From the NCBI GenBank assembly GCA_019057475.1, contig DXJO01000010.1, positions 384,001 through 448,000 of the forward strand: 64,000 nt of DNA. The letters are read 5' to 3'. This document shows, one piece after another, positions 49,355 to 57,757 of this stretch. Source of the DNA: Candidatus Thorarchaeota archaeon (GTDB lineage: Archaea > Asgardarchaeota > Thorarchaeia > Thorarchaeales > Thorarchaeaceae). Position 1 is the stretch's first letter. Every line of letters begins with the position of its first letter. The notes below the pieces were generated by a model. That model saw nothing but the letters and a program-made list of their open reading frames with translations, was not told the DNA's origin and ran no database searches. Position numbers and translations under genes: made by a program.

Positions 49355-49687
49355 ATGTCGGGGAAGACCATAACCAGCTCAAAGTGTAAAGCGTGTAGTA
49401 GAGTAATAGTCCCTCCAAGGGAGACCTGTCCTTATTGTGGAAAGAATGCTGGTCCTATGGAAAAGATAGAGTTGCCAAATCGAGGTGTAGTTCAAAGTTA
49501 CACGACTCTTCAGATGCCTCCTGAAGGCTTCAAAGCTCCTTTGTCAATGGCACTTGTTGAGCTTGAGCATGGAGCCTTGATTTTGTGTTTAGCTAGTGAG
49601 CATGCTGGAACTCCAATCAATATTGGAAACCAAGTCGAGATAGAAGTTGACTCAGAAGATAGATTCTGTTATCGAGCTATCACTTGA
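49355..49687 (+). CDS. DUF35-family Zn-ribbon/OB-fold protein (thiolase partner)
   Basis: CKACS…PPRETCPYCG, GVVQSYT, ALVELE. Confidence 0.9.
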   Translation: MSGKTITSSKCKACSRVIVPPRETCPYCGKNAGPMEKIELPNRGVVQSYTTLQMPPEGFKAPLSMALVELEHGALILCLASEHAGTPINIGNQVEIEVDSEDRFCYRAIT

Positions 49688-49752
49688 TGACAGAGTGCAT
49701 GGGCAGCTATGGATTTAAGCATGTTTTCTTCTGCCCAGCACGGGTTTCAACA

Positions 49753-50928
49753 ATGGTTGACTATCTTTCTAATGCACTTTGGACTGATGATGAAATAGCC
49801 TTTAGAAAAGAAGTACACGAGTTCTGTGCTAAAGAGATTGCACCAATTGCGGATGAGATAGACAAGGGTCCTTTTCCCAGAGAGCTACTGAGCAAGATCG
49901 GAAAGGCTGGTTATATGGGTGTCCACCATGACAAATTTGTTGGTGGAACAGAAAGGGGTCTCTCCTATGAGGTCATAGTTGCTGAGGAAATCTCAGCCGT
50001 TAATGGTGGTCTCGATATGGCTCGAATGGCATCAGCCACTCTTTATGGTATGCCTGTTGCTCGGTTTGGTACTGCAGAACAGAAGGAGGAGTACCTGAAG
50101 CCAGTTGTCGCGGGAGAGAAGATCGGCTGCATCGGCATCACTGAGCCAGACGTCGGCTCTGATGTTGCAGCCATGAAGACCAGGGCAGAGAAGGATGGCG
50201 ATGAGTGGGTCATCAATGGGGAGAAGCGGTTTATCACAAACGGCAGCCAGGCCGACTACATGTGCGCCTTTGTGGTCACAGACCCATCCGTCAAGTCGAA
50301 AGATGGCATGACAGCATTCATTATTGACACAAAGAGCGAAGGTTTCAGCGTCGTGCAAGACCATGACCTGCTTGGTATGAAATCTGCGAGAGTTTCGTGG
50401 TTGAAGATGGAAGATGTGCGTGTACCTCCCGGGATGGTCCTCGGCGAGCTAGGACAAGGGTTCCAAATCATGATGGATGAACTTGATAGTGAAAGGACTG
50501 CCATCGCAGGCGAGGCTATTGGGTACGGTCGAACCCCGTATGAGATAGCTATCAAGTATTCAACTGAGCGCGAGCAGTTCGGGCGGCAAATCAGGATGTT
50601 CGAGGGTGTCAGTTTCAAGATTGCGAACATGGCAATGAAGCTTGAGGCTGGCCGCGCACTCACGTTGACAGCAGCCCGGATGTACGACAAAGGAATGAGG
50701 ATTACAAAAGAGGCAGCGATTGCCAAGCTGTACACGACTGAGGCCGCGATAGAGATTACTAATGATGCGCTGCAGATACTAGGTGGCGTGGGTTACACTA
50801 CCGACTATCCAGTTGAGCGCTTCCTTAGAGATGCAAGATTGATGACAATAGGCGGCGGCACTGCTGAGATTCTAAGATTCATCATTCAGCGTGAGGTCTT
50901 CAAGGAACTGAAGGCTGGACTCATCTAG
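49753..50928 (+). CDS. Acyl-CoA dehydrogenase
   Basis: ITEPDVGSD, INGEKRFITNG, REQFG, QILGGVGY, IGGGTAEI. Start chosen at ATG 49753. Confidence 0.95.
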   Translation: MVDYLSNALWTDDEIAFRKEVHEFCAKEIAPIADEIDKGPFPRELLSKIGKAGYMGVHHDKFVGGTERGLSYEVIVAEEISAVNGGLDMARMASATLYGMPVARFGTAEQKEEYLKPVVAGEKIGCIGITEPDVGSDVAAMKTRAEKDGDEWVINGEKRFITNGSQADYMCAFVVTDPSVKSKDGMTAFIIDTKSEGFSVVQDHDLLGMKSARVSWLKMEDVRVPPGMVLGELGQGFQIMMDELDSERTAIAGEAIGYGRTPYEIAIKYSTEREQFGRQIRMFEGVSFKIANMAMKLEAGRALTLTAARMYDKGMRITKEAAIAKLYTTEAAIEITNDALQILGGVGYTTDYPVERFLRDARLMTIGGGTAEILRFIIQREVFKELKAGLI

Positions 50929-51034
50929 GAAGCAAGTTCAGGTCAGCTGCGTTTCGTCAAGGCTGGCATAACATGTTTCTTAAGAAACGAGCAGTTGACT
51001 TAGCTAACGCATTCTAAGAAAGAGGTTCCAAAAA

Positions 51035-51582
51035 ATGCCTGCACTCGAGTATCTGATGGTTTACACTAAATCTGGATTGCCGATTTACTCCAAATGCTAT
51101 GGAGGCTTCTGCACAGCCGCGTTTAAGAATCCTGAGCTCTTAACCGGTTTCCTTTCTGCTCTGGAAACGCTGCCGAGCACGATGGGCGGCGGCTTGAGTC
51201 AGTTAAGATGGGTCCCACTGAGATGAGATTCTCCAAAACCACACCGACTGGTCATTCAGTCGTCATTGGCTTGGGGAAGGATTCACCCAATATAGCAGAG
51301 GATATCTATCGCGAAGTATCAAAGATACTTGCCGGCGACCGTTTTGTGAATGTTGACTGGACCTACCTGACCTCCGATCTAATGGACGCGTTTGAGAAAG
51401 AACTGTTGGAAACCGCTCTTGTCGATGCCATGCATGATCACGGCGGCTTCACGGATCAATGCCCCTTGGGCGACAGGTGCCCGATGCACACGACTGCAAT
51501 CCAATCGAGAAAAGGGCGAATCTGGTCTTCAATTAAAGACAAGTATCGCGCAATGCGTGAGAAGATGGCTGGTCGCAGCTAG
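51035..51582 (+). pseudogene. Longin-like domain protein split by a 1-nt frameshift at ~51193 (true lesion or sequence error)
   Basis: KSGLPIYS…LLTGFLSALE; adding one base gives GGGLESVKMGPTEMRF and joins ORFs 51035-51226 and 51208-51582. Confidence 0.75.
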
Positions 51583-51625
51583 ACTACTGATTTCAATCCA
51601 AACTGATAACAGCAAAGGGCGCAGA

Positions 51626-51646
51626 GAGGGGAGATAATCCCCCCTC
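51626..51646. terminator. Possible hairpin between convergent genes
   Basis: GAGGGG…CCCCTC inverted repeat between the stops at 51582 (+) and 51652 (-). Confidence 0.35.
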
Positions 51647-51651
51647 CCTTG

Positions 51652-53430
51652 CTAGTTCTTGACAAAGGCCACGATTCGATGTTGTTCTCCTACAATCTGG
51701 ATTGTGGCTGTGAAGCTTTCGCCAGGTTCGATTGTGAGAAGCGCATACCAGTCAGTGTGGTTCATCCACATTTTTGCACCCTCAATGAACAAGTAGGACG
51801 AATTGTCGGTGCCGAGGAGGACGTGTGTGTCCCCGTTGTCGACAAAGGCTGTCGTACTGGTGACATTCGCAGTCAACTCGAATATGTCTGAGAGAGTGGC
51901 TCCGAACAGAGCGACGAAGCCCTCTCGCGTTGTTCGAACGAGGTCTTCTCCCCAGATTGTGCCGCCTGTTTCCTGGATGTAGTATCTATTGATATTCGAT
52001 GCATCGACGAGGGCAAGGGCATGCAGGTTCATGTCCGTGAAAACGTAATAGTCTGAATCATCCCAGTAGCCTTTCACCCAGAAAATGGGCGCATACCAAG
52101 TCCATGCGGTCTGAGATGGACTAATCTCAACGGGATAGAGAAGCGGCATTGAGGCGAAGTAGAATCCGGATGCAGGGGGAGTCAGTTGACCGACCACGTT
52201 CTCAGCTGCAGCATCTCCGCTCACGTAGCTATAGGAACTAAGATCGTGGTAGTACACAGTAGTACGTGTAGCTCTGAAGATACCTGCAAGTGTTCTTGAG
52301 CTTGTAACGGGGTGAACCGCAACCAATGCCTCAACTCTATTGCTGTCAGGGTTGATTATGTATCGAGTATCCTCTGTCATCTCAAGTCGGTCGCTTGAGG
52401 GGGCAATGGTCCAAAGGAAACCTCCTGCGAACAAATCAAAGCCATCTTCTCTGCGGTATCCTCCCCATCTGGACACCTGTCTCTCCAGCCACTCCTCAGA
52501 GTAGGCTTGAGTGATCCAATCGGGAGTTTCCTCAATAGTTTCATACGTAATGATAGAGCCATTCTCGAAATAGACGATTGGACCAATTGCTCTCTCGACG
52601 AAACCAAAGTCTATTGGAGTGCGGGTCTGGACATAAGCGAGGACGCCCAGCGGATCCCAAGTTGGGTAAGCATACTGAAATGCTGAGGTCATATCGTTGA
52701 GGTAATTGCTAAACTGAATGTTCTTGTCCCAGAATAGACTCTCTCCCAATGGAAGGTTAATGTCCTCTATTATCTCAGGTTCTATCCCCTGTGGGTCGTT
52801 AGCATCCACTACAACAAGAGCTTTGATGTAGTTCGCAGCCAACGTGTTTGTAGAAACCACGATGACAACCCAGACCAGCCGCCCGTTTCGAGTCGTTATA
52901 TGAGCTGCCGCAGGAATCCATTCAGAACCTAGTGGTGCGATGTGTTGCTGTGCTACGTAGAGAGCGTACTCCTGGGTCACAAGCCGCACTTGGCCATCAG
53001 GTATAGTTGAGTTGAAGAGTGGTTGATCAGTTTCTACAATCATTTCATCGAATACTTGCGCGTTTGCCACATCCGAGGTCCACGCAACAACTCCCGAATA
53101 CACGGGCACCGTGATTAGGACGATAATGCCAATGCACACCAAAGCCATGCTGGCTTCCTGGGTGGGACGAATCCGATGGAAGCCCATCGTACGAAGGCCC
53201 ACTCCTGAAAGCAGAAGCACCAATCCAAAGCTTGTTGCCAGAGTGAGGTACGCCCAGGGAAGTGTCATGCCCATGATCAGGCAGATGAATACCCACGCGA
53301 CGGTGCCCCAGACAAGCCTGAATGGTAGCCATCTAAGCAACCGACGGGGCCGGAACAGCTCGGGGTTGAAAGGCAGAGGTATTGAGTGCACTATTAGCGA
53401 AATAACTAGGAACAGCATAACGTTCAACAA
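51652..53430 (-). CDS. Hypothetical membrane protein (N-terminal TM helices plus large extracytoplasmic domain)
   Basis: 592-aa ORF, about 4 N-terminal hydrophobic segments, N-glycosylation sequons. Confidence 0.8.
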   Translation of the reverse strand: MLNVMLFLVISLIVHSIPLPFNPELFRPRRLLRWLPFRLVWGTVAWVFICLIMGMTLPWAYLTLATSFGLVLLLSGVGLRTMGFHRIRPTQEASMALVCIGIIVLITVPVYSGVVAWTSDVANAQVFDEMIVETDQPLFNSTIPDGQVRLVTQEYALYVAQQHIAPLGSEWIPAAAHITTRNGRLVWVVIVVSTNTLAANYIKALVVVDANDPQGIEPEIIEDINLPLGESLFWDKNIQFSNYLNDMTSAFQYAYPTWDPLGVLAYVQTRTPIDFGFVERAIGPIVYFENGSIITYETIEETPDWITQAYSEEWLERQVSRWGGYRREDGFDLFAGGFLWTIAPSSDRLEMTEDTRYIINPDSNRVEALVAVHPVTSSRTLAGIFRATRTTVYYHDLSSYSYVSGDAAAENVVGQLTPPASGFYFASMPLLYPVEISPSQTAWTWYAPIFWVKGYWDDSDYYVFTDMNLHALALVDASNINRYYIQETGGTIWGEDLVRTTREGFVALFGATLSDIFELTANVTSTTAFVDNGDTHVLLGTDNSSYLFIEGAKMWMNHTDWYALLTIEPGESFTATIQIVGEQHRIVAFVKN

Positions 53431-53503
53431 GAATCCTCCGATATTGGTAGCGCTTGAAATAGCCGGGAGTGCATGCTTTTAGCGTTTTCCAGTGGTCAAT
53501 CGC

Positions 53504-54007
53504 TTACTTTTGTTGTCGAAACCGAGGCACGGCGCCTCCTGCTCTGAGCAAGTCAAGCATCATCTGAGGGAGTGCATCACCCTTAAGGACCTCTCCTGTT
53601 TCATCGACTGTCAGCGTGCCTTCGCTGAGGTCAACTGTGAGCTTCATACCGTTTCTCACAACTGCCGTAACTTCTGGCACAGTCATGAGAGGCAGGCCCA
53701 CATTGAATCCATTTCTATAGAATATCCTTGCAAATGATTCTGCCACAACGCAGCCAACACCTGTTCTAACCAGAATTTGAGGTGCCTCTTCTCTGGATGA
53801 TCCTCCACCAAAGTTCCTTCCTGCTATGATAATGTCATTCTTCCTCACTGCAGAGGCGAACTCTGGTCTGGGTATCTCAAATGCGTGTTTCGCCATCTCC
53901 GCATAATCAAGTAGGGTCAGGTAGCGCCCTTGGATGATTTGGTCGGTGTCCACATTGTTGCCGAACACCCACGCACGTCCTTTGATCTGTTCCAGCTTCT
54001 TCACCAA
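53504..54007 (-). CDS. leuD: 3-isopropylmalate dehydratase/homoaconitase small subunit
   Basis: NVDTDQII, NFGGGSSRE, SFARIFYRN, GLP. Confidence 0.9.
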   Translation of the reverse strand: MVKKLEQIKGRAWVFGNNVDTDQIIQGRYLTLLDYAEMAKHAFEIPRPEFASAVRKNDIIIAGRNFGGGSSREEAPQILVRTGVGCVVAESFARIFYRNGFNVGLPLMTVPEVTAVVRNGMKLTVDLSEGTLTVDETGEVLKGDALPQMMLDLLRAGGAVPRFRQQK

Positions 54008-55276
54008 TCACCGCACACTCCTTGGGTCAGTAATGACACCTTTCAGAGCGCTTGCTGCCACTGTTGCAGGCGATGCCAGATAGACAAGGGATTCTGGATG
54101 TCCCATTCGCCCTCTGAAGTTCCTGTTTGTAGATGAGATGCAGACCTCACCTGAGCCTAATACTCCAAGATGCCCTCCAACACAAGCTCCACATGTTGAG
54201 TTCGTGACGATAGCCCCTGCCTGAATGAAGGTTTCAATGTAACCCAGCCTGAGTGCTTGAAGGTAAGTTTCTCTGCTGGCCGGAGTGATGATCATTCTTA
54301 GGCCCGGGTTGACTTGTTTTCCTTTCAGGATTCTTGCCGCGATTTCCAAATCTTCTAGTCTTCCATTGGTGCATGAACCGATGAATGCTTGATCTAGCTC
54401 AACTCCCTCTACTTCTGACACCGGCTTTCCATTGGATGGGCTATGCGGAACAGCCACTATTGGATCAATTGGCTCCTTTTGCAGGTCTATGTCGATTTGC
54501 TCCACGTATTTGGCATCGTCATCTGGAACAACCTCTTTCCACTTGACGCCAGGCGCCCTTGTCGCCATCCACATCCGAACTGCGTCGTTAACCGTCATCA
54601 GGCCGCTTTTTGCCCCAGCTTCGACACTCATGTTAGCAACTGTCATCCTCGATTCAATCGACATGGAGTCCATCGTGGGCCCGTGGAATTCAATCGATTT
54701 GTAATTCGCCCCATCTGGTCCTAAATCAGTCACAATTTTCAGTATCAAGTCCTTACTCATCACCATATCAGGAAGGTCTCCACTGATGTTGATTCTGAGC
54801 GATTCTGGCACTCGGAACCAACATTTTCCTGTGGCGATGATGAGCGCACTGTCCGTAGCCGCCAAGCCTGTTGAGAAAGCGTTGAAGGCTCCATAGCTTG
54901 TCGAATGTGAGTCGGATCCGATTACGAGATCTCCGGGCTTCACAAGGCCCATTTCAGGCAGTACCTGATGACAGATTCCGCAATTTACATCACAGAAGTG
55001 CTTGATGCTGTGCTTAGCAACAAATTGACGATTCCTCTGGTGTATCTCTGCGCTCATGGAGTCTTTTGCAGGTGCCCAATGATCATTCACGACTAGTATT
55101 CTCTCTGGGTCCCATACTTTTTCCACGCCCATCTCTTCTAGGATTGGAATGATTCTCGAGCCTAGAACCTCATGCACCATCAGGAAATCGACAGTCGCTT
55201 CCACTATCTCTCCAGCTGTCGCGTCGCCCTTCTTAGTATGTGACCCCAGGATTTTCTCAGCCAGTGTTTTACCCAA
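54008..55276 (-). CDS. leuC: 3-isopropylmalate dehydratase/homoaconitase large subunit
   Basis: GICHQ, DSHS, FIGSCTNGR, CGACVG, STNRNFRGRMG. Confidence 0.92.
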   Translation of the reverse strand: MGKTLAEKILGSHTKKGDATAGEIVEATVDFLMVHEVLGSRIIPILEEMGVEKVWDPERILVVNDHWAPAKDSMSAEIHQRNRQFVAKHSIKHFCDVNCGICHQVLPEMGLVKPGDLVIGSDSHSTSYGAFNAFSTGLAATDSALIIATGKCWFRVPESLRINISGDLPDMVMSKDLILKIVTDLGPDGANYKSIEFHGPTMDSMSIESRMTVANMSVEAGAKSGLMTVNDAVRMWMATRAPGVKWKEVVPDDDAKYVEQIDIDLQKEPIDPIVAVPHSPSNGKPVSEVEGVELDQAFIGSCTNGRLEDLEIAARILKGKQVNPGLRMIITPASRETYLQALRLGYIETFIQAGAIVTNSTCGACVGGHLGVLGSGEVCISSTNRNFRGRMGHPESLVYLASPATVAASALKGVITDPRSVR

Positions 55277-55286
55277 TCACATCACC

Positions 55287-56444
55287 TCATAGCGAGGCCT
55301 TCCGAATTCGATCTGCTATTGCAGTGGCCACTGTTTCAGTAGATGATGGTGTGATACCTCTCCAATTGCCTGTGCAGATATCGTAAGTCCGAATCTTGCC
55401 TTCTTTGAGTACATCAGTCACGGATTGAGTTACGAGCTCACCCGCCTTGGCGACGTTCTTATCCTTTCTCGTGGTGCCGAGCCAATTAAGCATCATTGCG
55501 CCTGCTAGGATTGCTGCAATTGGATTCGCCTTGTTCTGACCCGCATGCTTTGGTGCTGATCCATGAACCGGCTCGAACACTCCTTTTCCTTCACCGATAT
55601 TGCCAGCTGGGGCCATCCCTAGCCCGCCTTGAATGGATGCACCGAGATCAGTAATGATATCCCCAAATTCATTGGGTGTTACGAGCAAGTCGTAGTACTC
55701 TGGCTTTCTCAAGCACCATTGTGTCCAGGCATCAACATAGGCATAGTCGCGTTCTACCTGTGGGTAATCCTGTGCCACTTCATCATAGGTTTCCCTGAAC
55801 AGCTGGCAGCCTGCAAGTAGATTGCTCTTGTCAACACAAGTAACTCTCATGACGCCATCAACAGGTGCTCCCTGCTTTCTCGCGACTGACTGTTCAAATG
55901 CGAACTTGGCTACTCTTCTCGCGCCCTTCTTTGTTATCACGCGCAAGTCCACGGCAAGCTCGGTTTCCCCGCCCTTCTCCAGTCTTCCTCTTGCAGGGGT
56001 GTATAGCCCCTCCGTATTCTCACGGATGATTATCATGTCAATGTCATTGTGAGTCTTCTCTGCAAGTGGAGTTGGGACCCCTTCGTAGAGCTTTATTGGG
56101 CGTACGTTAGCGTACAGGTCAAGTTGGAATCTCAATCCCAGCACAATATTGTAGCCTGCTAGGTTCTTATCCGGAAGTCTTACCTGTTCACCATCGGGAC
56201 CGACAGCCCCCACTGCTCCTAGCAAGACTGCGTCAGCCTTTTCCTTGGTGAAGGTCTCTGCTTCTTCTGACCATTCTCGCCCTGTCTTCAGATAGTATTC
56301 TCCCCCACATTCATACTCAATTGGTTCCAGTTGAAATCCACTAACCTTCTCTTCAGCCGCCAGCAAGACACGGAGTGCTGCGGGTATCACTTCCCTTCCG
56401 ATACCGTCGCCAGGCAGAACTGCTATCTTGTATTTCCGGGGCAA
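55287..56444 (-). CDS. leuB: Isocitrate/isopropylmalate (beta-decarboxylating) dehydrogenase
   Basis: PGDGIGREV, LYANVRP, RENTEGLY, DKSN, FGDIITD, EPVHGSAP. Confidence 0.88.
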   Translation of the reverse strand: MPRKYKIAVLPGDGIGREVIPAALRVLLAAEEKVSGFQLEPIEYECGGEYYLKTGREWSEEAETFTKEKADAVLLGAVGAVGPDGEQVRLPDKNLAGYNIVLGLRFQLDLYANVRPIKLYEGVPTPLAEKTHNDIDMIIIRENTEGLYTPARGRLEKGGETELAVDLRVITKKGARRVAKFAFEQSVARKQGAPVDGVMRVTCVDKSNLLAGCQLFRETYDEVAQDYPQVERDYAYVDAWTQWCLRKPEYYDLLVTPNEFGDIITDLGASIQGGLGMAPAGNIGEGKGVFEPVHGSAPKHAGQNKANPIAAILAGAMMLNWLGTTRKDKNVAKAGELVTQSVTDVLKEGKIRTYDICTGNWRGITPSSTETVATAIADRIRKASL

Positions 56445-56454
56445 ATTGCCTCAC

Positions 56455-56811
56455 CTAGTAGCTTCCTAGCCAGCCCAAATCATTGCCTCTGTCGTCGAGC
56501 AGGCTTACCATTGTGTCAATCATCTTCCCATCAACATATCTCACTTTGCATCTAATGGTGAATCGTTTCTTACACTTTTCGCATTCCACAAGCCAGTCCT
56601 CTACAACCACTTCAATGCTATGCCCTTGGATACTTGGCGGATCCTTTGTGACGCTAATCACTGTTAGTTCCTTTCCATCACAGGCATAAGTACACTCTTT
56701 GAGCGGAATCGGTTCCATCCCTCTTCTACCGAGAGCAACAAAGACCACATCTGGCAAGTCGTCAATCGTCGGGTCTTCTTCCAAGTGTCGCACCAGCCTC
56801 GGGTTTCTCAC
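56455..56811 (-). CDS. Small hypothetical protein, probable Zn-binding
   Basis: 118 aa, CTYAC and CEKC; ends 10 bp upstream of the leuB-like gene. Confidence 0.7.
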   Translation of the reverse strand: MRNPRLVRHLEEDPTIDDLPDVVFVALGRRGMEPIPLKECTYACDGKELTVISVTKDPPSIQGHSIEVVVEDWLVECEKCKKRFTIRCKVRYVDGKMIDTMVSLLDDRGNDLGWLGSY

Positions 56812-56849
56812 CGCTACGTATTAATTGAATGGTTACGATACCCTCAACC

Positions 56850-57752
56850 ATGAGACTCGTCAGCTACTCACGGCTTGGAGTACCATCCATCGGCGTGGAA
56901 ACAGAATCCGGTATCTTGGACATACCTGAGGCGGCGTCTCGCTTTGGGCGGAAGTACAATATTGGAGGCCATGGATTCCCGGCAACCATGAAACACCTTC
57001 TACGATGGGAATCAGGTATCGAAGTCGTTCAGCAAATCGTTGAAAGCTTTGAGAAAACGTCTCCAACGGAACGTCCTATGGTATACGAAGAATCTGAAAC
57101 TAAGCTCGAGGCACCGATTTCTCGTCCAGGCAAGGTTGTAGCGTTGGGTCTCAACTACAAAGGACACATCGAGGAAACAGGTAGAGAGGTTCCTGATTTC
57201 CCTGTGATTTTTTGCAAGTTCTCTTCAAGTATTGTTGGACCTGACACTTCAATCCTCCATCCCAAGGTCACCAAGAAGCTCGACTGGGAGGTTGAGCTAG
57301 GCATTGTGATTGGTAAGGTATGCAGGAACGTAACTAAGAAAGATGCACTGGACTACGTGGCTGGCTACACGGTAATCAATGACCTAAGCGCGCGGGATCT
57401 ACAGCGAGGGGATGTTCAATTCATTCGTGGCAAGTCATTAGATGGGTTATGTCCTATGGGTCCATGTATTGTAACGACTGACGAACTGGGTGATGCCTCA
57501 GGTCTCGAACTCCGTACAAAGGTCAACGGAGTGATTAAGCAGCAGTCTAACACTTCAGACCTTCTCCGCGATGTACCGACAATAGTATCCTACTTATCAG
57601 AGTACTTTACTCTTGAACCCGGGGACATCATCGCAAGTGGCACACCTTCAGGAGTTGGCGCCGCTCGAACCCCTCCGGAATTTCTCAAGCCTGGTGACGA
57701 GGTTGAGCTGTTCATCGAGAAAATCGGGTATCTTCGAAACAAAATTATCTAG
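56850..57752 (+). CDS. Fumarylacetoacetate hydrolase family protein
   Basis: GLNY, LDWEVELG, NDLSARD, GKS, GDIIASGTPSGVG. Confidence 0.93.
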   Translation: MRLVSYSRLGVPSIGVETESGILDIPEAASRFGRKYNIGGHGFPATMKHLLRWESGIEVVQQIVESFEKTSPTERPMVYEESETKLEAPISRPGKVVALGLNYKGHIEETGREVPDFPVIFCKFSSSIVGPDTSILHPKVTKKLDWEVELGIVIGKVCRNVTKKDALDYVAGYTVINDLSARDLQRGDVQFIRGKSLDGLCPMGPCIVTTDELGDASGLELRTKVNGVIKQQSNTSDLLRDVPTIVSYLSEYFTLEPGDIIASGTPSGVGAARTPPEFLKPGDEVELFIEKIGYLRNKII

Positions 57753-57757
57753 GGCCC

